A stretch of 64,000 bases of DNA from a virus (IMGVR_UViG_3300037312_000757), one strand, 5' to 3'. Positions 1 through 8,775 are shown, counted from the first letter of the stretch. Numbers and translations are program-made. Notes: a model not told the origin generated them from the letters alone.

Positions 1-69
1 GACGCTGTCCGCAACTGGGGTAGCCAATATGACGCAAAGATTGCCGAACTGCGTTCACAGTTGGTTTAA
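1..69 (+). CDS. 3' end of a gene truncated by the window edge
   Basis: Open frame DAVRNWGSQYDAKIAELRSQLV-TAA, followed by a hairpin terminator. Confidence 0.6.
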   Translation, partial: DAVRNWGSQYDAKIAELRSQLV

Positions 70-80
70 TTAGTAGTCCT

Positions 81-108
81 GGGTGAGTTTCACTCACCCA
101 TTTTCTTT
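81..108 (+). terminator. Intrinsic terminator
   Basis: GGGTGAG-tttca-CTCACCC followed by a T-rich tract. Confidence 0.65.
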
Positions 109-118
109 ATTTCCAGAT

Positions 119-1447
119 ATGCCAAACAAGACACTTAAAGACATGAGCCAGGACGAGCTGAAAGATCTTCGTTCAAAGCTCCAAAGTCAAATTCAAGCTA
201 AGGGTCCACAGGCTACCGAAAAAGAACAAAAGCTGCTCGACATCGTCCACAAGATGCTGGACGATACTGTGGCAACCGCAAATACCAACAAGCAGCACAG
301 CGTTCTAGGTAGTCACGCCCAAGCTGACATGAGCAAAGGTCAGTACCGTTCTTTGAATGACAAGTTCGAAGACGGTTCCACTGAAATCTGGTTCGTCAAG
401 CCAGGTTACAAGAAACTGTACAGCCAAGGCATTTCTCATATGCGCGCTGACGGGGTCAATCCTCCAAATCCACAAGATTTGGAACAAACACACATCCACC
501 TAGGCAATGTCGCCGACACCAACCTCAAGCGTATTTTCGCTATGATGCAAGGTGATGAGTGGTCACCAAACGGCGAAGCTCGTGAACTGATTCGTGGCAA
601 GCATCTCGACCATACTTCAATGATTCCTGGTGACGTGATTGTCACGCCAGATCGTGCAGTTATGGTTGACCGTAACGGTGCTTTCTATGACATTGGTACT
701 GAAAAGCCAGTACATGAAGACTTGGACTTCTCCGCAATCATCGAGGGCCGTATGGACTTTTCTGTTGCGTCTGAGATCCTTTCTGAAGACGAGATGATCG
801 ATGAGTTTTACAAAGACGCACCAAACCCAGAAGGCTACAAAGAAGGTCAAACCGTCTTTTGTGGTTCGCAATCAGGTGCATTCATCCGCACATATCGCGA
901 CGATGAAACAGGCACTTTGATGGCAGCAGTCAAGTCATCACGTGGCGGCGTTACTGCGTTTCCATATGACAAGATTGCCACCAAGAAGCCAAGCATGTTC
1001 AACCGTATGAGCAGCTACATGATGGGTGAAGGTCTGCAACACGGCAAGAAGGTTTACTACCAAGGCAAGAGCGGGAAGATCGTTGACTATGTTCGCGGTG
1101 ACAAGACTCACATCGTAGTTGAATTGCCAAACGGTCAAATGGATTCATTCCCAGTAGCTGGTTGTTCATACACACCAGTAGCCGAAAACATTGCTGACGC
1201 TGGCTCTGCTGGTGCAGTCAATGCGGATGGTGCTGTTGTGGAAGCCCCAGATATCAAGATGATCAAGCGTTATTACTTCATGACGCGTGGTACACCTGAT
1301 ACGGAGAAGCCGAAGTTCGGTCTTCGTGAAGACAACAACGGTGAATGGTATCTGCCTCGTTACAACACAAGTGGCGCCGGTTTCGATCGCAATTTCACAA
1401 CTTGTGTTCGCAGCTTTGGTGAGCCATACAAGGTAGTCAACGTTTAA
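119..1447 (+). CDS. Multi-module protein, probably virion-associated (YodL-like module, two SH3/KOW-like repeats, C-terminal WYLPxYNTSGA module)
   Basis: ATG at 119. The motif LKRIFAMMQG...HTSMIPGDVIV resembles YodL. The C-terminus is shared with 60480..61079. Confidence 0.6.
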   Translation: MPNKTLKDMSQDELKDLRSKLQSQIQAKGPQATEKEQKLLDIVHKMLDDTVATANTNKQHSVLGSHAQADMSKGQYRSLNDKFEDGSTEIWFVKPGYKKLYSQGISHMRADGVNPPNPQDLEQTHIHLGNVADTNLKRIFAMMQGDEWSPNGEARELIRGKHLDHTSMIPGDVIVTPDRAVMVDRNGAFYDIGTEKPVHEDLDFSAIIEGRMDFSVASEILSEDEMIDEFYKDAPNPEGYKEGQTVFCGSQSGAFIRTYRDDETGTLMAAVKSSRGGVTAFPYDKIATKKPSMFNRMSSYMMGEGLQHGKKVYYQGKSGKIVDYVRGDKTHIVVELPNGQMDSFPVAGCSYTPVAENIADAGSAGAVNADGAVVEAPDIKMIKRYYFMTRGTPDTEKPKFGLREDNNGEWYLPRYNTSGAGFDRNFTTCVRSFGEPYKVVNV

Positions 1448-1455
1448 GGACTGAC

Positions 1456-1908
1456 ATGCGTATTGATGAAGTCTTCGGTGATCAAAACGTCCCAACAAAT
1501 CAGGTTCGTAACGAAGCTAATACTTTGGTCAAGGGCATCTGCTCTCAAGCAGATGTTGACCTGATTACAAGCTTCCGTGATGGAAATATCTACATGGAAG
1601 TGAGCCTGATTCGTTTGCCAAAAGAACTACGCAAGCAGGGTATTGGGTCTCAGATCATGAAAGCGCTTTGTCAATTCGCAGATCAAAAGTCAATCATCAT
1701 GGCCTTGTCGCCAACCTCGGAATTTGGAACCAGCAAGGCTGCGTTGACTAAGTTCTATCGTTCTTTTGGCTTCGTTCCCAACTCGGGGCGATCCAAGAAC
1801 TACCAAGTGATGAACACAATGATTCGTTACCCAAAAACAACAGAATCAATATATGAAACTATTTGTTCAATAGGTTGCCACTATTCATACACAAATGGCA
1901 ACCGGTAA
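1456..1908 (+). CDS. GNAT-family acetyltransferase
   Basis: Acetyl-CoA motif A (LRKQGIGSQIM) and motif B (LTKFYRSFGF). Confidence 0.8.
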   Translation: MRIDEVFGDQNVPTNQVRNEANTLVKGICSQADVDLITSFRDGNIYMEVSLIRLPKELRKQGIGSQIMKALCQFADQKSIIMALSPTSEFGTSKAALTKFYRSFGFVPNSGRSKNYQVMNTMIRYPKTTESIYETICSIGCHYSYTNGNR

Positions 1909-1964
1909 GCTACACTTCACTTACCGTGTACGTAAAAGAACAAAGTATCCTCTAAGGAGCAGAC

Positions 1965-2666
1965 ATGCGTTACAGCGAATTCGCCACGCTGACTGAGGCA
2001 CCAAAAGATGACATGGGTGATCTCGTCAAGCAGCAATATGGCGAAACAACATACGGCACTTGGACCATCAAGTATAACAAGATGCCAAACAAAAATGGGA
2101 AGTTCGGGGCAAATGCTTTCCACGTCCGCAACGAACCAATCAAAGTCGTAGCTGACACACACGAACAAGCGATGGCCGAAGTCAAACGCAAGATCGACTT
2201 CATCCAGAAGGCAAACGACACAGCTCTGAAGTTCAGCAATGCAACGCTTGACTTCAACGTTGAATTCACTCGTGACGTTATCAGTGAAACTGGAGTCACC
2301 GGCGTACGTCTCGCAAAGTCAGGCGATGGCGTGTTCCTGATTGTCTGCGGTCAAGAATACTTTGAAGCGTTCGGCAACGAAGTTTTTGGCACTGGCAACG
2401 ATCGCTTCATCCGCTTGTTTGATCGCAAAGTCAACAAACAAGTCGATGGTAACAGCACCGCCGGCGTTCTGTACGGCGCAAAAGTCACAGCAAACCAGAT
2501 CAAGTCTCTGGGTCTGCAACCGTTCGGTCGCTATGCAGTTGAATTCGAGAAGGATGATCCTGAATACGGCCACAAGATCTATCGTCTTGTGTTTGACAGC
2601 GTGACGCAAAGCAAGAGCGACAAGGTTCGCTTGCACAAGCCAGGCTTGACTGTTGCAGTATATTAA
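1965..2666 (+). CDS. Hypothetical protein with capsid-targeting-like N-terminus
   Basis: SD AAGGAG; starts MRYSEFATLTEA. Confidence 0.7.
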   Translation: MRYSEFATLTEAPKDDMGDLVKQQYGETTYGTWTIKYNKMPNKNGKFGANAFHVRNEPIKVVADTHEQAMAEVKRKIDFIQKANDTALKFSNATLDFNVEFTRDVISETGVTGVRLAKSGDGVFLIVCGQEYFEAFGNEVFGTGNDRFIRLFDRKVNKQVDGNSTAGVLYGAKVTANQIKSLGLQPFGRYAVEFEKDDPEYGHKIYRLVFDSVTQSKSDKVRLHKPGLTVAVY

Positions 2667-2682
2667 GCATCTTGAATGAATA

Positions 2683-2705
2683 GAAAGCCGCTATATGCGG
2701 CTTTC
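2683..2705 (+). terminator. Intrinsic terminator
   Basis: GAAAGCCGC-tatat-GCGGCTTTC then T-rich. Confidence 0.75.
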
Positions 2706-2723
2706 TTCGTGATTGAAATTTGC

Positions 2724-2729
2724 TAAATA
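2724..2729 (+). promoter_or_regulatory. T4-type late promoter core
   Basis: TAAATA about 25 nt upstream of a CDS, directly after a terminator. Confidence 0.5.
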
Positions 2730-2755
2730 TACCAGTAAACATTAACATGGTAGTT

Positions 2756-3163
2756 ATGATGAATAAGACACCCGCCCAAGTTCTCCGCGAGAGTATGGAC
2801 CTGATTAACAGCGTTACTACTCCTCAAGTCGTTGATGAAGCAGCTGAACCTGATTATCAGTTCGAATACACAATCACCAACCCATTCTTCGATATGGAAG
2901 ATGAAAATTCTCCTGAGGAAATCGATGTTGGTGTTCGTGCAAGTATTTTCGGAAAAGACCGTCCAGCAACATTCGATGCCCCTGCTGAATACGCTGAAGT
3001 TGAACTCGAAGCCGTTTATGATCTCGAAAACGGTCAAGATATCATCAAGCAAGTTTCAGATCGTGATATCGAACGACTGAAGCAAAAGGCTCGTGAATAC
3101 TTCGATGAAAAAGCCGATGAGGCTGCAATCGATCGTTACGAGATGAGCCGCGACGATTACTAA
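2756..3163 (+). CDS. Acidic hypothetical protein, late-expressed
   Basis: In-frame ATGs at 2747/2756/2759; D/E-rich. Confidence 0.7.
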   Translation: MMNKTPAQVLRESMDLINSVTTPQVVDEAAEPDYQFEYTITNPFFDMEDENSPEEIDVGVRASIFGKDRPATFDAPAEYAEVELEAVYDLENGQDIIKQVSDRDIERLKQKAREYFDEKADEAAIDRYEMSRDDY

Positions 3164-3171
3164 ATAGATGT

Positions 3172-3303
3172 ATATAAAGTTTTCGCCTTAGGACCGTTGG
3201 TGTTAAAGCCAACGCAGGCGTCATTGGCGGTTACAGCCATAGTCTACTGATTCGCTACCAGTAACTAGAAAGTGATCGAAAGCCAGTCTTGCAGCTGGCT
3301 TTC
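3172..3303 (+). ncRNA. Candidate structured small RNA
   Basis: TAAATA at 3161. Stems CGCCT/AGGCG, CGTTGG/CCAACG, TGGC/GCCA, TACTG/CAGTA. Terminal hairpin GAAAGCCAG/CTGGCTTTC. No credible ORF. Confidence 0.5.
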
Positions 3304-3352
3304 ACCTTTTCTACTTCCCTTCATGCTAAAATGGCACACCATCGAGGTTGCC

Positions 3353-3646
3353 ATGCTCAAACGCATTTACAGAAAATTCCTGTTCAAGATCCTGTTCCGC
3401 GGGAAATATGTTGAAATAAACATACCCGATCGTATTCGCATCACGCCCGTGCTTCTGGGTTTATACGGGGTTCGACATGATTATCATGGTAATACAGTTC
3501 CACATTTACAGAAATGGTTATCAGAACATATGGAAGGTCCATATGAAGTGTGGTTGACGTACAGCAGCATCTACGTGAAAGTGCTTCTTGTATCAGACGC
3601 GATACTCATCAAGCTGTCGGATCCATTAAATGATACGCCAACGTAA
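3353..3646 (+). CDS. Hypothetical protein (small W..E..GP...DA..KL family)
   Basis: SD GAGG before ATG 3353; C-terminal motif resembles the 49-52 kb paralogs. Confidence 0.65.
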   Translation: MLKRIYRKFLFKILFRGKYVEINIPDRIRITPVLLGLYGVRHDYHGNTVPHLQKWLSEHMEGPYEVWLTYSSIYVKVLLVSDAILIKLSDPLNDTPT

Positions 3647-3801
3647 ATGAATCTTACATTTTCATAAACACTTGCATTGCCGTAAGCTTTTTGTTAGACT
3701 AAATTTTGCCACTTCCTCTTGCAAATGGCTACCGTTCACTTACAATTGGCAGTGTTTTAGGTAACAACACTTTCCGGTAATCATTACAAGAGGATCTTAA
3801 C

Positions 3802-4215
3802 ATGCGCATTTCCCGTCTGGCTGTCGTTGGTATTGCTTCGATGGCCTTACTGTCGCTCGCAGCATGCGGCCACAACGATCAACCTCAAGCACAAGTCCAA
3901 CCGCAAGCGCAAGTCGTTCAACAAGCTCCGCAAGTCATTCAACAACCGGCTCCCGTCTACGTTCAACAACAACCGCAAGTAGTTGTCGCACAACCCGCTC
4001 CCGTTGTTGTTCACGACAACAGCGCTGCCAATCTGATGGCCGGCATGGCGATCGGCTCGATGATGTCGGGTCCTCGTGTTGTTCACCACTATCACGATGC
4101 TCCTGCTCCTGTCATCGTGAACAAGACGTATGTCAATCGTACGTATGTTGCTCCGGCACCTCGCACGTACACGACACGCACCGTGACCACCACGTCCTCG
4201 TATCGCCGTCGTTAA
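3802..4215 (+). CDS. Q/P/V-rich lipoprotein
   Basis: Signal peptide with lipobox LAAC; SD AGGA; terminator at about 4237-4263. Confidence 0.75.
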   Translation: MRISRLAVVGIASMALLSLAACGHNDQPQAQVQPQAQVVQQAPQVIQQPAPVYVQQQPQVVVAQPAPVVVHDNSAANLMAGMAIGSMMSGPRVVHHYHDAPAPVIVNKTYVNRTYVAPAPRTYTTRTVTTTSSYRRR

Positions 4216-4351
4216 GCAATCATCGGCGCGAGTAGAAAAGGCGAACCAAGTGTTCGCTTTTTTTGCGACTGTAATATTCGCAGTCTATAATAGGAGGTGC
4301 GTTCCTACGCTCGTTCAGCAATAGTGCTGGCGAACTCCATCCCAATAGATC

Positions 4352-4639
4352 ATGTTGCAATATCTCCAAAAGATTTTCGGTCTCAACTCAGTAGCTGAGG
4401 CACAAACAGCAGTTGCACTTTATGAAGTGAAGCAATACGCTGGCCCAGGTCTTCAAACAACCTGGTATACAACAGCAGTTCACGAAACAACCCACGGTTA
4501 CACCTTCGTGGACAAGCAGTCTGGAAACGCAGTGTTCGTGTCAGGCAACATCAAGATCACTGGCTTCACACCAGCGAATGTGCCATCAGAAGCTGAACAA
4601 GCTGCCACTGATACTTCAACAACAGCGACGGCTGCATAA
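4352..4639 (+). CDS. Hypothetical protein
   Basis: Own promoter TTGCGA-17-TATAAT (4263-4291) and terminator at about 4679-4702. Confidence 0.65.
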   Translation: MLQYLQKIFGLNSVAEAQTAVALYEVKQYAGPGLQTTWYTTAVHETTHGYTFVDKQSGNAVFVSGNIKITGFTPANVPSEAEQAATDTSTTATAA

Positions 4640-4710
4640 ACACATTCGACGAATCCTACGTCAAGTAGGCAAGTAACAAAGAGCGACGAAGGTCGCTCTT
4701 TTCATTTGGT

Positions 4711-4766
4711 GCTTGACATCATGTTCATATGAACGTATCATCATTACATGGCGAACGACAGGAGGA
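4711..4766 (+). promoter_or_regulatory. Stem-loop early promoter/RBS unit
   Basis: TTGACA-17-TATCAT, spacer dyad GTTCATATGAAC, GGAGG. Confidence 0.85.
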
Positions 4767-4772
4767 ATGAAC

Positions 4773-4958
4773 ATGTGGCACGGAGTGAAGCAAGTTGCAA
4801 AATCACATAGACTTCCCGAAGAAGCGTTCGTTCAGTTTGCCCGCGCAAACGAAAACAAGTACGGTTTGATTGACTGTGAAGCGGACAAGGAACCGATGGT
4901 GAACACGTGGTACTGTAATGACCTCGTCCGTGACTTCCGCAAACAATGGAGGGGTTAA
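4773..4958 (+). CDS. Hypothetical protein
   Basis: First gene of the cassette; SD GGAGG. Confidence 0.65.
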   Translation: MWHGVKQVAKSHRLPEEAFVQFARANENKYGLIDCEADKEPMVNTWYCNDLVRDFRKQWRG

Positions 4959-4960
4959 AC

Positions 4961-5335
4961 ATGAAGAACCCGTATCGCAATACGTATATTCGTGATTTGA
5001 ACATTCCTCGCTGGCCTCTGTTCCTGCGTGATGCGATGAAGGCGGTTGCTGATTTCCATCGCACCATTGTAATTGACGGTGTTCCCCGATGGCCGTCGAA
5101 CAATCAAGTCCCTCCGACCGACCTGCTCGAGCTCTGGCAGTACAAGGGCTTCCCGTTCGACTTCGAGAAAGCTGAGGCAACGCGTAGCGCAGAAACGTCA
5201 GCCTTCATCGACGAATACGTCAGAATCAACGCTGTTCGCAAGCCCAGCGACGAAGAACTCTTCGAGATGCGTGCTGCATTTGGACCTGGTACTACGGTCG
5301 TGAATGCTGTTACCGGCCAACGTATCAAAATTTAG
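4961..5335 (+). CDS. Hypothetical protein
   Basis: SD GGAGG; coupled to the upstream ORF. Confidence 0.7.
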   Translation: MKNPYRNTYIRDLNIPRWPLFLRDAMKAVADFHRTIVIDGVPRWPSNNQVPPTDLLELWQYKGFPFDFEKAEATRSAETSAFIDEYVRINAVRKPSDEELFEMRAAFGPGTTVVNAVTGQRIKI

Positions 5336-5344
5336 TCATAAATT

Positions 5345-5401
5345 GCTTGCAGCCATGTTCAAATGAACTTATCATCTGAACATGGTAAACAACAAGGAGA
5401 A
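5345..5401 (+). promoter_or_regulatory. Stem-loop early promoter/RBS unit
   Basis: TTGCAG-17-TATCAT; arms CCATGTTCA/TGAACATGG; AAGGAG. Confidence 0.85.
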
Positions 5402-5407
5402 GCAAGC

Positions 5408-5824
5408 ATGAAGACGCAAGTGACGCTCAAGAATGCAGAATTCCTCCAGCGCAAGGTTGAATTGATCGACTTGCTGCGCGTAAAGCTTGGTGCGGATCGT
5501 GTGGTGATCGCCGAAGAAGATGTTTTTATCCTCAACCTGAAATGCGCCGAACTCGAACAAGCGTTCGAAGCTGAAGGCCTTGGTAACATGACGGTTATGG
5601 GCATCAATCGCGAGAAGGGTAACCACTTCTTGTGGGAAGATGACAACGAAGGTGGTTACGGAGAAAATTACTTCTCACTCGAATGGGATGGCAAGACGCT
5701 GACTGCTGATTGCGGTGGCCACCCGATCAATGAGTGGACGGGCGCATGTGCAGCCGCGTCGGCGTGCTCTATGCGGACGAATTCGGCCAATAAGTATAAA
5801 CTGCTTGACACCATGTTCAGGTGA
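5408..5824 (+). CDS. Hypothetical protein
   Basis: ATG after the cassette RBS. Confidence 0.65.
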   Translation: MKTQVTLKNAEFLQRKVELIDLLRVKLGADRVVIAEEDVFILNLKCAELEQAFEAEGLGNMTVMGINREKGNHFLWEDDNEGGYGENYFSLEWDGKTLTADCGGHPINEWTGACAAASACSMRTNSANKYKLLDTMFR

Positions 5825-5860
5825 ACGTAATATCTGAACATGGTGAACGAGATAGGAGAA
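5803..5860 (+). promoter_or_regulatory. Stem-loop early promoter/RBS unit
   Basis: TTGACA-17-TAATAT; arms CCATGTTCAG/CTGAACATGG; AGGAG. Confidence 0.85.
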
Positions 5861-5865
5861 ACGAA

Positions 5866-6045
5866 ATGGCATACGACGCACGCGTCGACAGCATCGAACT
5901 TCGTCGCGCAATGCAGAAAATTGTCGAGCATGCTCGTGCTCCTCAAGGCTCGCCGTCGCGCATGTCGAAGGAAGAGCTGATGAAGCTCATCGATGTACTC
6001 GACGATGCGGTGGTCGATCCGGATTGGACGGTGTATTATCCGTGA
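5866..6045 (+). CDS. Hypothetical protein
   Basis: ATG after the cassette RBS. Confidence 0.6.
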   Translation: MAYDARVDSIELRRAMQKIVEHARAPQGSPSRMSKEELMKLIDVLDDAVVDPDWTVYYP

Positions 6046-6272
6046 TCTATTCCCTAGTCCATGATGGTTACGACGTGGAGCTTTATCGCTCCCGTCGCAC
6101 GCTTGCAAAAGCAATGGCACGTGAAGCCATGTGCCTTGAGCGAGATTCCGAAACGCCATCGACCGAAAAGGAAATCTGGCAAGCGCTTGGCAAGGAGCGC
6201 ATTGTCCGCTTCTACAAAGTCGACGCAAGTGACTGGACATACCGCGCAGAGCAGCAGCCAAGGCTGAAGTAA
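6042..6272 (+). CDS. Hypothetical protein
   Basis: GTGA overlap with the upstream stop; terminator at about 6293-6320. Confidence 0.55.
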   Translation: MIYSLVHDGYDVELYRSRRTLAKAMAREAMCLERDSETPSTEKEIWQALGKERIVRFYKVDASDWTYRAEQQPRLK

Positions 6273-6411
6273 CAAAGTTTTACACAAAAGACGAAGGGTG
6301 TGCGTTGGCACACCCTTTTGCCATCTATATTACCAAAAGTTGATGTGTTGATTGTTCATTTCATATCCGTAACATAACGGCTGCCATAGTAGTTGGCAAT
6401 TTAAAGAGGAA

Positions 6412-8469
6412 ATGAACATGAAGAAATTAACTTTGGCGCTGGCATTAAGCGCTGCCATAGCTACATTATCAGCATGTGGAGGAGGTGGAGGCAGTGATCC
6501 CAATAGCACCGTCCCAACGTCATCGACGGGCATGGCTGGAGCTCCAAGCTCAGCTAGTTCTCCAGCAGTAACGTCAGGTACTGGCTCCACAATCACAACT
6601 CCATCAAAACCAAGCGGCGGCTATAACGGCACAGCATCAGGTGGCTCAAGCACAGGTTCCGGCACGAGCACACCATCATCTACCACTTCAGTAACTGCCG
6701 GTTCAACTTCGACGCCAGCACAAACACCGTTGAATATGAATTGCTCAGTTGCTGGTACAGGCGCTCCCACGTCGAGTACACTAGTCACAGCCGATACACC
6801 AAGCTCTGACAAGACGCGTCTGTATCCACTCAATACTGCATTCACGATCAATTTGTCAGCTGCACCATCAGCCGCTGATACGCTGAATTGGTCAGTATTC
6901 GACACAGTTGGTAATGCGGTTGCAACGGGTTCTGTTCCAGTCGTTGCAGGTGGTAACTCAGTCAGCCTGAGCTGCAAGTCATCACTCGCTGGCTACTTCG
7001 CAGTCACTGCTTCACTATCAAAAGCTGGCGGTCAAGTGTTGCAAGCAGGCACACGCCCAAATGGTTTTGCCACATTTGGCGTGATCCCGAATATGTCGGG
7101 AGTGCTTGATACCCCCGTGTTCAGCAACTTCGAGCAGCATCGCTTCGGCATGCAGGGGTTCAACGACAATGGCCCCATGTTGGCTGCTCTCGGTATCAAG
7201 TCAACGATTGATGATCGTCAGCAGTCAGTGACTGAACCAAACGGCCCGAACACGTTCAATCCATCAACCTATCCGCTCGATCAGTTCTACACGTCTGGCG
7301 ACGTGATGCGTATTGTGCGTCTCGATGGTATTCCAGCTTGGGCAAGTCCAACAGGTGCAGTTTCGTACGGCACACTTCCATCTGATCTGAATCAATATCA
7401 GAACTATATGGCACGTGTCGGGACAAATACGGAAGCAATTCGCAGCTCATACTTCAAGACTCAGGCGAACAATTATTACCAAGTCACATGGGAGCCTGAT
7501 GTTCAGTGGAAGAGCAGCGACGCTGACTTCGTGACTCTGTACAAAACTGCGTATGCTGGTTTACATTCGACTGATCCTCATGCAGTTGTGATGGGCCCAA
7601 CTGATGCATTGATCGGCACCACGTTGACACACTTGCAAAAGCTGGCACCACTTGGCTTTGCGCAATACATTGACGGAGTTGCAACACACGGCTACTATGA
7701 TGCTGGCACGTCGCCATCTCACCCACCTGAGCGTCGTTCAACTGATAGTGATCCAGCAGTAGTCGCAAGTTCGTTGCCGAATACTGTTGCTGCCTTGAAG
7801 GCTCAAATGTCATCAATGAAACCAGGAATGAAACTGTTCCAAACAGAAGTTGGTATCAGTTATGACCTCGGTACTTCGTACGGTCCAAACTACCCAACAC
7901 CTAACGTTCTGTTTGCTCAGGCCGCGGTAGTTGCGAGAACACACATCATTCTTCTTGGTGAGGGTGTTGACCAGACTTACGTGTTCTATGGTCCAGATTA
8001 CAACGGTGAAGTTGGTTATGGTACGTTCTTCGACTTGTCCAATCCACAAGGTTCGTTCGGGACAACAAACATCAGTCCAAAGCCGGCAGCTATGGCAGTG
8101 TCAGCAATGACGCACGTGCTTGATGGAACGAAGACGCTTGGTCCAGTTAAGGGTATTCCTACTGGAGTGTATGGCTTTGCATTCCAGCAGCTTGGTGGCA
8201 ACAAAGTTATCACAGCGCTGTGGACACATGCTAACTCAGTATGGGATGCAAGTGTTGGTTTCAGCACCACGTACCAAGTTCCATACACACTCACAGTTGA
8301 CAGCCCAGGCACAAGTGGCACCGTACAGGTTGTTGACATGATGGGTAATGCAACAGCTATGCCATATTCTGACGGTAAGATCAAACTCAACCTGACTGAG
8401 GCTCCGGTCTACGTTGTCTCGAACAATCCATCGGTATCGGCAGCTAACGCAACACTACCTCCACAATAA
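6412..8469 (+). CDS. Lipoprotein with S/T/G-rich linker and clan GH-A glycoside hydrolase (GH39/GH5-like) domain
   Basis: Lipobox LSAC followed by GGGGGS. Putative acid/base VTWEP and nucleophile FQTEVG; TIM-barrel-like pattern. Confidence 0.7.
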   Translation: MNMKKLTLALALSAAIATLSACGGGGGSDPNSTVPTSSTGMAGAPSSASSPAVTSGTGSTITTPSKPSGGYNGTASGGSSTGSGTSTPSSTTSVTAGSTSTPAQTPLNMNCSVAGTGAPTSSTLVTADTPSSDKTRLYPLNTAFTINLSAAPSAADTLNWSVFDTVGNAVATGSVPVVAGGNSVSLSCKSSLAGYFAVTASLSKAGGQVLQAGTRPNGFATFGVIPNMSGVLDTPVFSNFEQHRFGMQGFNDNGPMLAALGIKSTIDDRQQSVTEPNGPNTFNPSTYPLDQFYTSGDVMRIVRLDGIPAWASPTGAVSYGTLPSDLNQYQNYMARVGTNTEAIRSSYFKTQANNYYQVTWEPDVQWKSSDADFVTLYKTAYAGLHSTDPHAVVMGPTDALIGTTLTHLQKLAPLGFAQYIDGVATHGYYDAGTSPSHPPERRSTDSDPAVVASSLPNTVAALKAQMSSMKPGMKLFQTEVGISYDLGTSYGPNYPTPNVLFAQAAVVARTHIILLGEGVDQTYVFYGPDYNGEVGYGTFFDLSNPQGSFGTTNISPKPAAMAVSAMTHVLDGTKTLGPVKGIPTGVYGFAFQQLGGNKVITALWTHANSVWDASVGFSTTYQVPYTLTVDSPGTSGTVQVVDMMGNATAMPYSDGKIKLNLTEAPVYVVSNNPSVSAANATLPPQ

Positions 8470-8470
8470 C

Positions 8471-8527
8471 ACTTGACGCCATGTTCATATGAATATACCA
8501 TGTGAACATGGTAAACAATAGGAGGAA
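8471..8527 (+). promoter_or_regulatory. Stem-loop early promoter/RBS unit
   Basis: TTGACG-17-TACCAT; arms CCATGTTCA/TGAACATGG; GGAGG. Confidence 0.85.
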
Positions 8528-8531
8528 GCAA

Positions 8532-8711
8532 ATGATTACGCCGTATCAATTCGCAATTCAGAACACAAAAGCATATCTTCGTGGTGCAGAAAATCGTCGT
8601 CTGGTGGAATCGCAGAGCCCGGATGCAATGAACACGTTCAAGGTTGCTGAAGTTCTGGCGATCGCGTTCATGAAGGATAAAAATGAGGTGCTGGCTGACC
8701 TCATCGTATAA
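8532..8711 (+). CDS. Hypothetical protein
   Basis: Single-gene cassette. Confidence 0.65.
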   Translation: MITPYQFAIQNTKAYLRGAENRRLVESQSPDAMNTFKVAEVLAIAFMKDKNEVLADLIV

Positions 8712-8726
8712 ACGGTAGTCGTCGAA

Positions 8727-8760
8727 AAGGGGAGCAAATGCAAGCATTTGCTCCCCTTTT
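8727..8760. terminator. Bidirectional terminator
   Basis: AAAAGGGGAGCAAATGC-aa-GCATTTGCTCCCCTTTT between convergent genes. Confidence 0.85.
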
Positions 8761-8775
8761 CGTTAGTTCTGATAA

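Noticed and set aside
4293-4338. Three-way-junction RNA upstream of 4352
   Set aside because: The closing GGAG arm lies upstream of the predicted +1 of the TTGCGA/TATAAT promoter.
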